Assembly: GCA_965206745.1 (NCBI GenBank)
Contig: OZ242220.1
Coordinates: 352,001-416,000 of the forward strand
Length of the DNA: 64,000 nucleotides
Reading direction: 5' to 3'
Source: Nitrosopumilus sp.
GTDB taxonomy: Archaea > Thermoproteota > Nitrososphaeria > Nitrososphaerales > Nitrosopumilaceae
Part shown: piece by piece, positions 39,328 through 48,926 of the stretch
How positions within the stretch are numbered: the stretch's first letter is position 1
How the letters are laid out: the number at the start of each line of letters is the position of its first letter
Notes under the pieces: model-generated
Seen by the model: only the letters and a program-made list of their open reading frames with translations
What the model was told of the DNA's origin: nothing
Databases searched by the model: none
Made by a program: the position numbers and the translations under genes

Positions 39328-39699
39328 ATGAGAAAATATATTGTATATCTCTATGATCCTTTTATGGTTTTGAATCTAAAGAAGACTCTATTATTTACAT
39401 TAATGCCGCTTCAGGGAATCTTGTTGATATTGATAGGAGATGGAATAGCCCGCATCAGAGTACCTGATGAGATTGATCCTGTTTTTCAAATCTGGGTTTT
39501 TTTCAACTATGTCCCCTTGCTTGTTTCACGTCTAGCGTGGGCGCCATTTATTTTACAAGAGGACTGGCGTCAGTATGCGGATCCTGTGATTCTAATGTGG
39601 ATTGTAGGATCAAACCTGTTATTCTGGCTCCCAATCACGCATGTCTTGTATAACAAATTTCTCAAACCAAAGGACGTTGGGAATCCTAAGCCTGTCTGA
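39328..39699 (+). CDS. Hypothetical membrane protein (about 3 TM)
   Basis: Hydrophobic, AT-rich ORF; start may be the second Met. Confidence 0.5.
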   Translation: MRKYIVYLYDPFMVLNLKKTLLFTLMPLQGILLILIGDGIARIRVPDEIDPVFQIWVFFNYVPLLVSRLAWAPFILQEDWRQYADPVILMWIVGSNLLFWLPITHVLYNKFLKPKDVGNPKPV

Positions 39700-39768
39700 C
39701 TGTTTGGAGTGTATAGAGATGAGCCGGGAATATCTCCTGGCAATTACTCATGGTATCTAATGATGTTT

Positions 39769-39843
39769 TGGTGGACCGGGAGGGAATCGCACCCTCGACC
39801 TCCTCGTTGCGAACGAGGGATTATGCTCCTAAACCACCGGCCC
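39769..39843 (-). tRNA. tRNA-Ala(CGC), atypical D and T loops, CCA encoded
   Basis: GGGCCGG/CCGGTCC acceptor with G3:U70, CCTCG-TTCGCAA-CGAGG anticodon arm, GAGGG-TGCGATT-CCCTC T arm. Confidence 0.85.
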
Positions 39844-39918
39844 ACAGAATACCTGTTTTGGCTGTTCTTTTATTCATTTTCTCAACGCATAATAGCCTGA
39901 ATTCCATAAAACCCACAG

Positions 39919-41331
39919 ATGACATATGACACTATAATTACAGACTCGCACGTAATGCTCCCCCGGGGACTAGTTGAGAGAAACATCCTAATTGATGAGG
40001 GAAGAATAGTAGGACTCACCACTGATACGCCTGCATGTGATAACAGGATTGACGGTGCAGGCCTAGTCTCAGTTCCGGGGCCAATTGACACGCATGTCCA
40101 TTACGGCGTATACTCTCCAATCAACAAGGCTGCACAGACCGAGTCCCATGCAGCGGCAATAGGCGGAATCACAACAATGATGCGAATGCTCCGGCTAGGC
40201 GATCCGTTCTCAGACTCCCTGCAGTCCCAGCTTGACTCCTCTGCCAAAAACCACTATGTCGACTATGCAGTACATGCATCCATCTTTACACCGCAGCAGA
40301 TAGACGAGATGGACCACTGCGTTGAGAGGGGGGTCACCTCTTTTAAGATCTACATGAACCTCGGTGGTGATGTTGGACACGTCTACATGGACATGCCGCC
40401 TGACTCTACAAATTTGGTCGAGGCACAGGTCAACGTCACTGATGAGCTAGTTGAGCAGACAGTAAGGGCTGCAGCCAAGCTTGGCTGTCCAGTACTGGTC
40501 CATGCAGAAGACTATGAGTCGTGCGGCTGCGGAATAAAGACTGCAAAGGAGAAGAACCAGGACGGGCTGGCTGCATGGTCCTCTAGCCGCTCCCCCGAGT
40601 CTGAGGCCAAGTCCATCAGGACGATCTCACGGTTTGGCAGGGACCATGACTGTGTCATTTATTTTGTTCATATTGGTTCAAAGCGCGCACTGGAACAGAT
40701 TCAAGAGGAGAAGAGACTCGGAACCAAGATCTTTGTGGAGACCTGCCCCCACTATCTCACACTATCCCATGAGAGCCAGTCAGGCTACCTTGCCAAGGTC
40801 ATGCCTCCAATCAGGACTGAAGATGACAGAAGGGCAGTGTGGAGTGCCCTCTCAAACAACCAGATTGATACCATCGGCACTGATCACGTTGCAAACCGGC
40901 TGAAGCTCAAGCTGGACGGCCTCAACGTGTGGAGTGCGCTTGCGGGATTTCCTGGAATAGGTACTGCGATCCCAATCCTGCTCAATGACGGGGTCAACCA
41001 AAAGAGGATCTCACTTGAGCAGTTTGTCCAGTTTACCAGTACTAATGCGGCCCGAATATTTGGAATGCATCCTCAAAAAGGCACACTTGAGAAGGGCTCT
41101 GATGCAGACATTGTAATGCTGGATCTCAAAAAGGAAAAGACTGTAACCTCTGATCTGTTTGGAGGGTTCTCAGACTATGTCGTGTACGAGGGAAGAGAAC
41201 TGAAGGGATGGCCTGTAAAGACTATGGTCAGGGGGGAGCTTGTTGCCGAGGACTTTGAAGTCATTGGACGACTGGGCCATGGCAGGCTAGTCAAGAGGGA
41301 GCAGCCCGCTCAGAACCTGAATTTCAAATGA
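39919..41331 (+). CDS. Cyclic amidohydrolase (dihydroorotase/hydantoinase/allantoinase family)
   Basis: DTHVH, SFKIYM, VHAED, ETCPHYL, KVMPPIR, IGTDH. Confidence 0.9.
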   Translation: MTYDTIITDSHVMLPRGLVERNILIDEGRIVGLTTDTPACDNRIDGAGLVSVPGPIDTHVHYGVYSPINKAAQTESHAAAIGGITTMMRMLRLGDPFSDSLQSQLDSSAKNHYVDYAVHASIFTPQQIDEMDHCVERGVTSFKIYMNLGGDVGHVYMDMPPDSTNLVEAQVNVTDELVEQTVRAAAKLGCPVLVHAEDYESCGCGIKTAKEKNQDGLAAWSSSRSPESEAKSIRTISRFGRDHDCVIYFVHIGSKRALEQIQEEKRLGTKIFVETCPHYLTLSHESQSGYLAKVMPPIRTEDDRRAVWSALSNNQIDTIGTDHVANRLKLKLDGLNVWSALAGFPGIGTAIPILLNDGVNQKRISLEQFVQFTSTNAARIFGMHPQKGTLEKGSDADIVMLDLKKEKTVTSDLFGGFSDYVVYEGRELKGWPVKTMVRGELVAEDFEVIGRLGHGRLVKREQPAQNLNFK

Positions 41332-41998
41332 TGTCAAATTTGCCGTTCTCCCTGGCCCTGTATATGACGTCTGGCCTTTTTAGGAATATTCCCGACTCTA
41401 GGACCCCTGCTGTCTGCTTTATCTTGCCAGAGAGGATTCTGGGATTTTTTATCGTCCCAAAGTCACAGTCCAAAATTATGTTGCCGTTCTCTGTAAAGAA
41501 CGGATATCCCCTATCAAGTGAGCGGATTTTGGGGCTGCCTCCCATCTGTATAATTGACCTTGTGACTGTATTTCTGGCAAGGGGATGAACCTCCACTGGC
41601 ACTGCACATGTGAAATTCTTTACAAACTTTGTCCTGTCTGCCATTACTACTATCTTCTTTGCAAGTCCAAACAGGATGTTCTCGCGCAGCAGTGCGCCTC
41701 CCCCGCCCTTGATGACGTATCCCTGCGAGTCAATCTGGTCTGCACCGTCAAAGACCACATCTATGTATTCTACCTGGTCTGCCTCGACTAGTGGGATGCC
41801 CTCCTTCTCTGCAGTCAGTTTGATTTGCAGCGATGTTGGAACCCCCCTGATATTATATCCTTTTAGCTTGACTAGTTTTGAGAGTGACTTTACAAGTGCA
41901 GTAGCTGCCCGCCCGCTGCCCAGTCCTATCGTGTGACCATCCCTTACAAGCTTTAGCGCGTCACTTGATAATGCCTTTATGGCACCATCGTAGGACAA
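41324..41998 (-). CDS. rpiA: Ribose-5-phosphate isomerase A
   Basis: IGLGSG, DGADQ, IKGGGGALLRE, TENGNIILD. Confidence 0.96.
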   Translation of the reverse strand: MSYDGAIKALSSDALKLVRDGHTIGLGSGRAATALVKSLSKLVKLKGYNIRGVPTSLQIKLTAEKEGIPLVEADQVEYIDVVFDGADQIDSQGYVIKGGGGALLRENILFGLAKKIVVMADRTKFVKNFTCAVPVEVHPLARNTVTRSIIQMGGSPKIRSLDRGYPFFTENGNIILDCDFGTIKNPRILSGKIKQTAGVLESGIFLKRPDVIYRARENGKFDII

Positions 41999-42904
41999 TC
42001 ATTCCACCTCTGCTTGATCCAGTTTCTTTAGCACCTTCATGATGTTGCTCTTGATCTTGTCGAGATCATCTGCATCATCATCAAAGTGGTCATCTGGCGC
42101 ATCTGGTCCCGCCTTGGGTGGTTCGGGAAGTGCCGCGTATCGTGTAATCTTTGCATTCTCTTCTTCCAAGTCCGGCTTGGCATCCAAGCTGGCTTTCTGT
42201 TTTGGCATGACTGATTGGACTATCTCCATTTTATCATCAATCTTTGGTTTTGGCTGTGCCATCTGCTCGATGATCTGATCATTTGGTTTTGGCATCTGTC
42301 CTGCCTTGTCCTCAAACCGTGTAAATCTTGGTTTCTCTCTTGAAATATTTGTCAGGGTTGTAATCTCAAAACTCTGCCTTGGTTTGGTTGCAGGAATCTC
42401 AATTGGCTCTGGCCTCTTCCCTTTGGGTTTCTCAAAGTTAAATGACTTTGATGGTCTGCTCCTTGTCTCTTGCTTTGCCTCTGCACCCTTTGGCGCATCG
42501 ACTCTGCTTGTCATCTTTGATGACAGCTGATACAACTTGTCATCGAGCTTTGAGAGCTTTTGGTCCATCAGCGTGATCAGGCCATCCCCTACAGGACCGA
42601 GGTCCGGATGACTGCTTGCCTGTTCAAGTTTTTCCATCTTGGCAAGCACTATTCCCAGCTGGTGCTGGTACTTTAGTAATAGCTTGTCCTTTTGAATCTT
42701 GGAGAATTCAGAGTCTGTCTGGTACAGTCTTGAGATGGTCTTGGTCAGAATCTCCTTCTCAATTTTAAGCGAGCTGATCTGGCTCTTGATGTGTGAGCTG
42801 GCACCGAGACTGAGTAATTGGTTCTTGTCTCTTGGCACCCTGCGTACAGCAGCGGCTGTAGCGACACCTGCTATCGAACTAAGAATTAAGACAATTTCCT
42901 GCAT
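41999..42904 (-). CDS. Conserved hypothetical protein (N-terminal anchor, coiled coil)
   Basis: 301-aa ORF tightly packed between rpl37e and rpiA. Confidence 0.7.
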   Translation of the reverse strand: MQEIVLILSSIAGVATAAAVRRVPRDKNQLLSLGASSHIKSQISSLKIEKEILTKTISRLYQTDSEFSKIQKDKLLLKYQHQLGIVLAKMEKLEQASSHPDLGPVGDGLITLMDQKLSKLDDKLYQLSSKMTSRVDAPKGAEAKQETRSRPSKSFNFEKPKGKRPEPIEIPATKPRQSFEITTLTNISREKPRFTRFEDKAGQMPKPNDQIIEQMAQPKPKIDDKMEIVQSVMPKQKASLDAKPDLEEENAKITRYAALPEPPKAGPDAPDDHFDDDADDLDKIKSNIMKVLKKLDQAEVE

Positions 42905-43072
42905 CTATGTATACCATTTGATCCAAGAATACTTTCTGCGCTTGGCCTCTGGGAATCCACAACTTGCACATTGGTGATGGCGCTTGTGAAGCGAGTTCTT
43001 GCCACATCTTCTGCATCTGATGTGAACTTTCTTCTTTGTAAAACCACCCATCGAAGTTGTGCCTTTAGTCAT
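42905..43072 (-). CDS. rpl37e: 50S ribosomal protein L37e (missing from the ORF track)
   Basis: Translated by hand: [50 protein letters not shown]; canonical position downstream of lsm. Confidence 0.95.
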   Translation of the reverse strand: MTKGTTSMGGFTKKKVHIRCRRCGKNSLHKRHHQCASCGFPEAKRRKYSWIKWYT

Positions 43073-43082
43073 TGCAATTCAC

Positions 43083-43322
43083 CTAACTATGTGCCGGCGG
43101 AGGGGAAATCATTACCACGTTGTCTCCTCTAACCACAATGCTTCCGAGGCTTTTAGAATCGCCTTCAGCGGGAATCTCCTCTGAAGAATCGAGTAGCAGG
43201 TTCATGTGCTGGTCAAAACCTAAAAGAGTACCTCTGATGGTCTTGCTTCCTTTGAGCTTTATCAGTACAACTTGACTGATACTCTCATCCAATACTTTTA
43301 CTGCCATATCAACGGACATCAA
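43083..43322 (-). CDS. Sm-like (LSm) RNA-binding protein
   Basis: GTLLGFDQHMNLLL and VVRGDNVVMISP (Sm1/Sm2 motifs). Confidence 0.95.
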   Translation of the reverse strand: MMSVDMAVKVLDESISQVVLIKLKGSKTIRGTLLGFDQHMNLLLDSSEEIPAEGDSKSLGSIVVRGDNVVMISPPPAHS

Positions 43323-43377
43323 TAATCACTTATTGACATGGATATCAAGGCATTATATTAAATTTCCATTGGTGAAA

Positions 43378-44094
43378 CTATGATATGTGCCCAGTAAGGC
43401 AAGTTTGACACTTTTTTCCGAGATTTTCGATGATTTCGGCTAGAATCTTCTCCCCGTCCCCCCTTGTGGCCCCTCTTGGATCCCCCCAGATCCCGTTCTT
43501 GGTAGCTTTGGGAAATGACTTGCTTGCAAGTACTCCGATCCTGTCGATCTCCTCCTTTGTCATCCCGTCTGTATCCAGACCCTTCTCTGCCAGGTCCATC
43601 CTGACATTTTCTGATATTGCCAGCATCAGTGATGTCTCTACGAATCCTGCATGATCAAACTCCCTTTCCATAAAGTGCCAGTAGGAGAGCGGAAATACCT
43701 GCAGCTTGCCAAGTTTTACATCCAGGCCCTCCACTGCCTTTAGGTTTCCATGGTGGCCGTTAATTATGAATGCCGTCCTGATGCCGTTTGCTAACAGTGA
43801 TGAGCACAAATCAGCCAGAACCGTCTGCAGGGTTGACTCTCTGAGACTCAGATTAAAAAAAGGCGCATGCTCGTGGGAGACACCATAGTTTATTGTGGGA
43901 AGCAGCAGGTATCCGAACTTTTCTGAGATCCGTCTTGCAACCTCAGTTACTATATCAGAATCAGTCGATACCGGCAGGTGCGGTCCGTGCTGTTCCATTG
44001 AGCCTACCGGTATTACTGCAACCTGGTTCCTCTTTGAGATTGCCTTCCTCAAGATGGGATCAAACTGTGTCTTGATGTCTGTCATCTGTCTCAC
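43378..44094 (-). CDS. Creatininase-family amidohydrolase
   Basis: PVGSMEQHGPHLP, NGHHGN, DHAGFVETS, GIWGDP. Confidence 0.9.
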   Translation of the reverse strand: MRQMTDIKTQFDPILRKAISKRNQVAVIPVGSMEQHGPHLPVSTDSDIVTEVARRISEKFGYLLLPTINYGVSHEHAPFFNLSLRESTLQTVLADLCSSLLANGIRTAFIINGHHGNLKAVEGLDVKLGKLQVFPLSYWHFMEREFDHAGFVETSLMLAISENVRMDLAEKGLDTDGMTKEEIDRIGVLASKSFPKATKNGIWGDPRGATRGDGEKILAEIIENLGKKCQTCLTGHIS

Positions 44095-44933
44095 TTTGAT
44101 TTGATGTGAACCTTTCTCCAGCGGACATCAAGCTTGTTTTCCAGATGCATCCTCATTGCCTTTAGCAGCGTGTCTGCCTCTAGCTTTTGTCCCTTGGATC
44201 TTATCTGCTCTAGCGTGTCGTTTGGATCAACCTTGAAGGAGTCTTGCAGTATGATGGGCCCTTGGTCAAGGCTCTCAGTTACATAGTGTGACGTGACGCC
44301 GACGATCTTTGTGCCCCTCTCAAAGGCTTGTGCATATGCCGAAGCTCCCGGAAATGCCGGCAGCAGCGACGGATGAATGTTGATTATCCTGTTTGGGTAT
44401 CTCCAGACAAAGTTGGGACTGAGTATTCTCATGTACCTTGCAAGTGAGATCAGATCAATTTCGTACTTTTTGCATGTCTTGATGATCTTCTCCTCTGCCT
44501 TATCCTGCGTCTTTTCATCTACTGTGACAAATGGAATCTTTGCCTTTCTTGCCAGCGGTTCCAGTGATCTCTCCGTGCCGATGATTACCGAAATTTTCCC
44601 CCTCAGTGATTTATAATCTGCCAGAATTGTCTGCAGGCAGCGCGGTTCCCTGGTTACAAAGACTGCAATGTTCTTCTGCGAGTTTGTCTCGTGGTGAGTA
44701 CTTGCATCCATTCTCTCCTTTCTGGCCAAGCCCTGGATGTCTGAATCAAACTTTTTCACATCGACTGCCTTTGAAAAAGACACCTCCAGATACATTCCAA
44801 AGAGGCCCTTGATCACGTTCTGGTTTACCTTCTCGATGTTCCCTCCCTTGGAGAATGCAAAGTTCGTAAATGCGGCCACAATTCCCTCCCTGTCCTTGCC
44901 AACTACTGTAATTCCGACGACTGTCTTTTTCAT
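44091..44933 (-). CDS. purU: Formyltetrahydrofolate deformylase
   Basis: N-terminal ACT domain (GKDREGIVA), LARYMRIL, INIHPSLLPAF, LDQGPII; start set at MKKTVV because the longer ORF runs through a tRNA. Confidence 0.9.
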   Translation of the reverse strand: MKKTVVGITVVGKDREGIVAAFTNFAFSKGGNIEKVNQNVIKGLFGMYLEVSFSKAVDVKKFDSDIQGLARKERMDASTHHETNSQKNIAVFVTREPRCLQTILADYKSLRGKISVIIGTERSLEPLARKAKIPFVTVDEKTQDKAEEKIIKTCKKYEIDLISLARYMRILSPNFVWRYPNRIINIHPSLLPAFPGASAYAQAFERGTKIVGVTSHYVTESLDQGPIILQDSFKVDPNDTLEQIRSKGQKLEADTLLKAMRMHLENKLDVRWRKVHIKSK

Positions 44934-44984
44934 GACTTGTTTGCTAAAGTTTTTCTCATTATTAATCATTGACGGAAACCAGAA

Positions 44985-45072
44985 TGGTGCGGGAGGTGGG
45001 ATTTGAACCCACGAAATCCTGAGATATAGGGTCCTAAGCCCTACGCCTTTGACCAGGCTGGGCGACTCCCGC
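44985..45072 (-). tRNA. tRNA-Leu(TAG)
   Basis: GCGGGAG...TAGGG-CTTAGGA-CCCTA, long variable arm, GTGGG-TTCAAAT-CCCAC, CTCCCGC-ACCA. Confidence 0.95.
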
Positions 45073-45214
45073 AATGAGGATGCCATTGAACACAAAGTTA
45101 ACTGTTTTGAGGGATATGCTCAAACTCAGAGTTTGTGGGCTGGCTTGGAATGAAAATATGTCCAATGTCCCCTCCAAAGTAATTAAATACCAATTTCAGT
45201 ACAAGTGTAACATC

Positions 45215-45307
45215 ATGAACAAAGAGGAGAAAGAGACGCTCAGAAGATCAGTGGAGGCTAGTATAAAGCAGAACAAGCTGGTTTATCAGATGCTTCATGA
45301 CCTCTAA
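45215..45307 (+). CDS. Putative 30-aa antitoxin peptide for Doc
   Basis: MNKEEKETLRRSVEASIKQNKLVYQMLHDL, overlapping the doc start; TATA-like ATTAAATA upstream. Confidence 0.5.
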   Translation: MNKEEKETLRRSVEASIKQNKLVYQMLHDL

Positions 45308-45881
45308 AAATCTAGCCTCTGAGGAGATCATCTTTATTCACGAGATAATCGAGGAGACATTCAATCTGCCTAGGGGACACATCAAAGTTGGAGACTTGGA
45401 GACACTAATTGTAAAAAGTCAGGGAATTCCATTCTCTGGGAAGAGTTTTGATTTGTTTAGACAAGCAGCAATTCTTTTTGAAGGAATTATCCGGTTGCAT
45501 CTTTTTACGGATGGTAACAAAAGAACGGCATTGGAAACTGCAAGACAGTTTTTGAACCGAAACGATCACGTTCTTGTTGTCCCGTTAAGCGGTACTACTT
45601 TCATATATGAAATTGCCAGAGACAAGACTCTGGACACAGACAAAGTGGTATCTGAAATTTCTGGCTGGATAGAAGCACATTCCCCAAAAGCAAATCAACG
45701 GTACAGGATTTTGGGTTTGCAGTTGTTGTACATGTGGTTACCTGTCAACCTGATAAATTTTTTCTCAAAAATCAAATTAAATGGACTGAGCCGAATGATC
45801 TTATACAGATATCTGAAGAACAGGGATCCAAAAGTGACAGAATTTATGTTCTCAATTTATGAAAAACAGCTTGGCCTCTGA
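45297..45881 (+). CDS. doc: Fic/Doc family toxin (death-on-curing type)
   Basis: HLFTDGNKRTA matches the Doc-type HxFxDGNKR motif. Confidence 0.88.
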   Translation: MTSKNLASEEIIFIHEIIEETFNLPRGHIKVGDLETLIVKSQGIPFSGKSFDLFRQAAILFEGIIRLHLFTDGNKRTALETARQFLNRNDHVLVVPLSGTTFIYEIARDKTLDTDKVVSEISGWIEAHSPKANQRYRILGLQLLYMWLPVNLINFFSKIKLNGLSRMILYRYLKNRDPKVTEFMFSIYEKQLGL

Positions 45882-46297
45882 ATTCTTCCGAAGAGAACAC
45901 GGTAAACACCAGTATCGCATATTTGATCCGTCCCATCCAATCAAAGTTTGCACCAACAATAAAACATCGATGAAGATTTGGAGAGCACCATTGGCAAAAG
46001 ATTTGACTCATTTTGTGACATGATTCTGTTTGTGATTGTTTTTTTCTATCTCTAATGTCGCTTGTATCATTTTGCCCGTTGTCTCTGCAGAATCTTCCCA
46101 ATCCCAAAGGATGGCTTGGCAGCATCATGATTTACTGGTACTGAAAAATTCTTCAACCCTGTCTCTCTGAGAGACTGTCAATGCCTGCACCTTTGGCCCT
46201 TTTGTGCGTATTTCTGAATACCACAGACAATCTTCCTAGAGAGAACCTGTATGACTATCATAGATACCCACAAATTTATCTGTCACTGCACGATAAT

Positions 46298-47647
46298 ATG
46301 GCAAAATATTTTGGAACAAATGGGATTCGCGGGGTCTTTTCTGAGGATTTCACCCTGGAGTTTGTTCATGATATGACACTTGCAATTGGGACATACTTTG
46401 GAGGAGGACCTGTACTGATAGGGTATGACGGACGGGAATCAAGTCCTGCCATATGCAAGATTGCAAGCTCCGCCCTCAACTCTATCGGGATTGACTGCAA
46501 TATTGCAGGAATCATCCCGACCCCCTGTCTGGAATTTGCAGTAAAGAGTCTGGGTTATTCCGGCGGATTGATGATTACTGCATCACACAATCCCCCGCAA
46601 TACAACGGGATCAAGCCTGCGGCCAAAGACGGGGTTGAGATTTCACGCGAGGATGAGCTGATCATTGAGGATATCTACATAAAAAAGACCTGGCTGCAAA
46701 AACCTGCAAGATGGGGAATCACGGGAACAGAAGATCGCGCGATTCCAACATACCTGAAAGGAATCATCTCACATGTTGATTCCAAGCTAATAGAATCAAG
46801 ACACTTCAAGGTTGTACTGGATCTGGGAAACGGGGCACAGGCAGTCTCTGCGCCAAACTTTTGCGCACTGCTTGGCTGCCAGACGTCCCTTCTCAATGAA
46901 ATAATTGACGGCACCTTTCCGGGACGCGGATCAGAGCCGACCCCGCAGAATCTCTCTGAACTATCAAGAATGGTGCGGGAGAATAATGCCGACATGGGAA
47001 TTGCATTTGATGGCGATGGTGATCGGAGCATCTTTTGTGACGACAAAGGAGACATCCTTACCGGGGACAAATCTGCCCTGGTACTTGCACGGCACATTCT
47101 CAAGAAAAACCCGAGCTCCCTGGTTGTAACCTGTCTGAATTCCGGTTCGAGCATCGAGGTTATTGCCAAGCAATACGACTCCCAGGTGGTTAGGACCAAG
47201 GTGGGAAGCGTTGAGGTCTCAAGGAAGATGGTTCCAACCGGCGCACTGATTGGATTCGAAGAGAATGGAGGTTTCATGTATGGACGGCACAACCAGGTCA
47301 GGGACGGATGCATGACCCTGGCACTGATGCTTGACTTGTTGGCAACATCTGCAAGGCCGTTATCTGAGGAGACTGCCAGTCTGCCGCCGTCATTTACTGC
47401 CAAAGACAAGGTGCCGTGTCCTGCAGATACAGTCCCGCATTTGATCTCCTCACTGAGGGATGAATTTCCCGATTCTGACACTTTTGATGGCATCAAGATT
47501 ACCATTGACTCTAAAAACTGGGTAATGATCAGGCCCAGTGGCACGGAACCGATAGTTAGGGTATATGCAGAAGCTGAGAGTCAGGAGAGATTGGATGCTT
47601 TAATGTCTGAATTTCTTGCAAAAGTCAACTCTGTGATTTCCAGATAA
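46298..47647 (+). CDS. glmM: Phosphoglucosamine mutase / phosphomannomutase
   Basis: YFGTNGIRG, ITASHNP, FDGDGDR, IRPSGTEP. Confidence 0.9.
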   Translation: MAKYFGTNGIRGVFSEDFTLEFVHDMTLAIGTYFGGGPVLIGYDGRESSPAICKIASSALNSIGIDCNIAGIIPTPCLEFAVKSLGYSGGLMITASHNPPQYNGIKPAAKDGVEISREDELIIEDIYIKKTWLQKPARWGITGTEDRAIPTYLKGIISHVDSKLIESRHFKVVLDLGNGAQAVSAPNFCALLGCQTSLLNEIIDGTFPGRGSEPTPQNLSELSRMVRENNADMGIAFDGDGDRSIFCDDKGDILTGDKSALVLARHILKKNPSSLVVTCLNSGSSIEVIAKQYDSQVVRTKVGSVEVSRKMVPTGALIGFEENGGFMYGRHNQVRDGCMTLALMLDLLATSARPLSEETASLPPSFTAKDKVPCPADTVPHLISSLRDEFPDSDTFDGIKITIDSKNWVMIRPSGTEPIVRVYAEAESQERLDALMSEFLAKVNSVISR

Positions 47648-47709
47648 CACTTTTAATACCAAACTCATCGATGGATAGAATGGAGAATGAACCCCTAGGG
47701 TGACGAAGT

Positions 47710-48096
47710 ATGGGAAAAGCATATTATGTTAAATTTGAGACGCCAGAAGATCTCGTTAATCCAATCTTAGAAGCTGTCAGGGTCGCATCCACAAGCGGCA
47801 AAGTCAAAAAGGGAACCAACGAGGCAACCAAGGCAATTGAACGCGGAACCAGCAAACTAATTGTAATCGCTGAGGATGTAGAGCCCCCAGAGGTGGTAGC
47901 ACATCTTCCAATCTTATGTGAGGAGCAAGGTGCAGCATACGCATTTATCCCAACCAAGGAGGAACTAGGCAAATCGTTGGGTATTGATATTACCTCTGCC
48001 GCTGCAGCAATTTTGGATGCAGGTGATGCACAACACATTGTAGACCAAGTTGTATCATCCATAGCTAAAATTAAAGGCGGTAAGACCGAAGAATGA
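47710..48096 (+). CDS. rpl7ae: 50S ribosomal protein L7Ae
   Basis: [29 protein letters not shown]. Confidence 0.97.
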   Translation: MGKAYYVKFETPEDLVNPILEAVRVASTSGKVKKGTNEATKAIERGTSKLIVIAEDVEPPEVVAHLPILCEEQGAAYAFIPTKEELGKSLGIDITSAAAAILDAGDAQHIVDQVVSSIAKIKGGKTEE

Positions 48097-48305
48097 GCCA
48101 AAACGCCGAAGAAGTAGTACAATCTGAAATTATACAAATCGTTGGCAGGACCGGCATTGCCGGCGAAGTCATCCAGGTCCGAGTCAAGGTTCTCACCGGC
48201 AAGGACAAGGGAAGGATCCTTACAAGAAACGTAAAGGGTTCCATCCGGGTTGGAGAGATACTGATGCTGCGAGAGACTGAGAGGGAAGCGAAGAAAATTC
48301 ACTAG
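48093..48305 (+). CDS. rps28e: 30S ribosomal protein S28e
   Basis: [27 protein letters not shown]. Confidence 0.96.
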   Translation: MSQNAEEVVQSEIIQIVGRTGIAGEVIQVRVKVLTGKDKGRILTRNVKGSIRVGEILMLRETEREAKKIH

Positions 48306-48315
48306 GTGTTAGGAT

Positions 48316-48516
48316 ATGAGTCTTTTAGTCAAACCATGTAATTTCTGCGACAGGCCAGTTGCAAAGGGATCCGGTACGATGCTTGCAAAAAACGACGGAA
48401 CCGTCCTGTGGTTCTGCTCCTCAAAATGCAAAAAGAACGCGCTAGTCCTAAAACGTGATCCAAGAAAGCTAAAGTGGACGAAAAAATACGTAAAGGGCGG
48501 AATCAGAAAGAAGTAG
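48316..48516 (+). CDS. rpl24e: 50S ribosomal protein L24e
   Basis: CNFC...FCSSKC...RDPRKLKWT. Confidence 0.96.
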   Translation: MSLLVKPCNFCDRPVAKGSGTMLAKNDGTVLWFCSSKCKKNALVLKRDPRKLKWTKKYVKGGIRKK

Positions 48517-48518
48517 AA

Positions 48519-48920
48519 TTGACTGAACAATCACTATTCATTGTAAAGCCTGATGCAGTAGCCAGGAGTCTGGTCGGTCAGGTCGTCTCAAGATTTGAAA
48601 GCAAGGGCTTTAAGATACTCAAACTAAAAATGTTCACCTTCTCCCAGCAGCAGGCCGAGAACTTTTACGGGGTCCACAAGGACAAGCCGTTCTTCGGCGA
48701 GCTGACATCGTTTATCACATCAGGGCCGGTGGTAGCTGCCATCATTGAGGGAAACAACGCAATTGCCACTACGCGAATAATGATTGGTGCAACAAAGTCA
48801 TTTGAGGCAGAGCCTGGCTCCATCAGAGGGGACTTTGGATTGGGATTTAGTGAAAACATCATTCACGCATCTGATTCACAGGAAAGTTTTGATCACGAAT
48901 CGAGGGTAGCATTTGAGTGA
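48519..48920 (+). CDS. ndk: Nucleoside diphosphate kinase
   Basis: IVKPDAV, PGSIRGDFG, NIIHASDS; TTG start. Confidence 0.96.
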   Translation: MTEQSLFIVKPDAVARSLVGQVVSRFESKGFKILKLKMFTFSQQQAENFYGVHKDKPFFGELTSFITSGPVVAAIIEGNNAIATTRIMIGATKSFEAEPGSIRGDFGLGFSENIIHASDSQESFDHESRVAFE

Positions 48921-48926
48921 TCCGGT

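Noticed and set aside
39769-39771. Genomically encoded CCA on tRNA-Ala as an integration scar
   Set aside because: tRNA-Leu(TAG) in the same window also encodes CCA, so it is not diagnostic
44934-45095. N-terminal extension of purU in the ORF track
   Set aside because: Runs through tRNA-Leu(TAG); the ACT domain starts at MKKTVV (44933)
45844-46128. 94-aa minus-strand ORF after doc
   Set aside because: Overlaps the doc 3' end, has atypical composition and no motif; probably spurious or decayed
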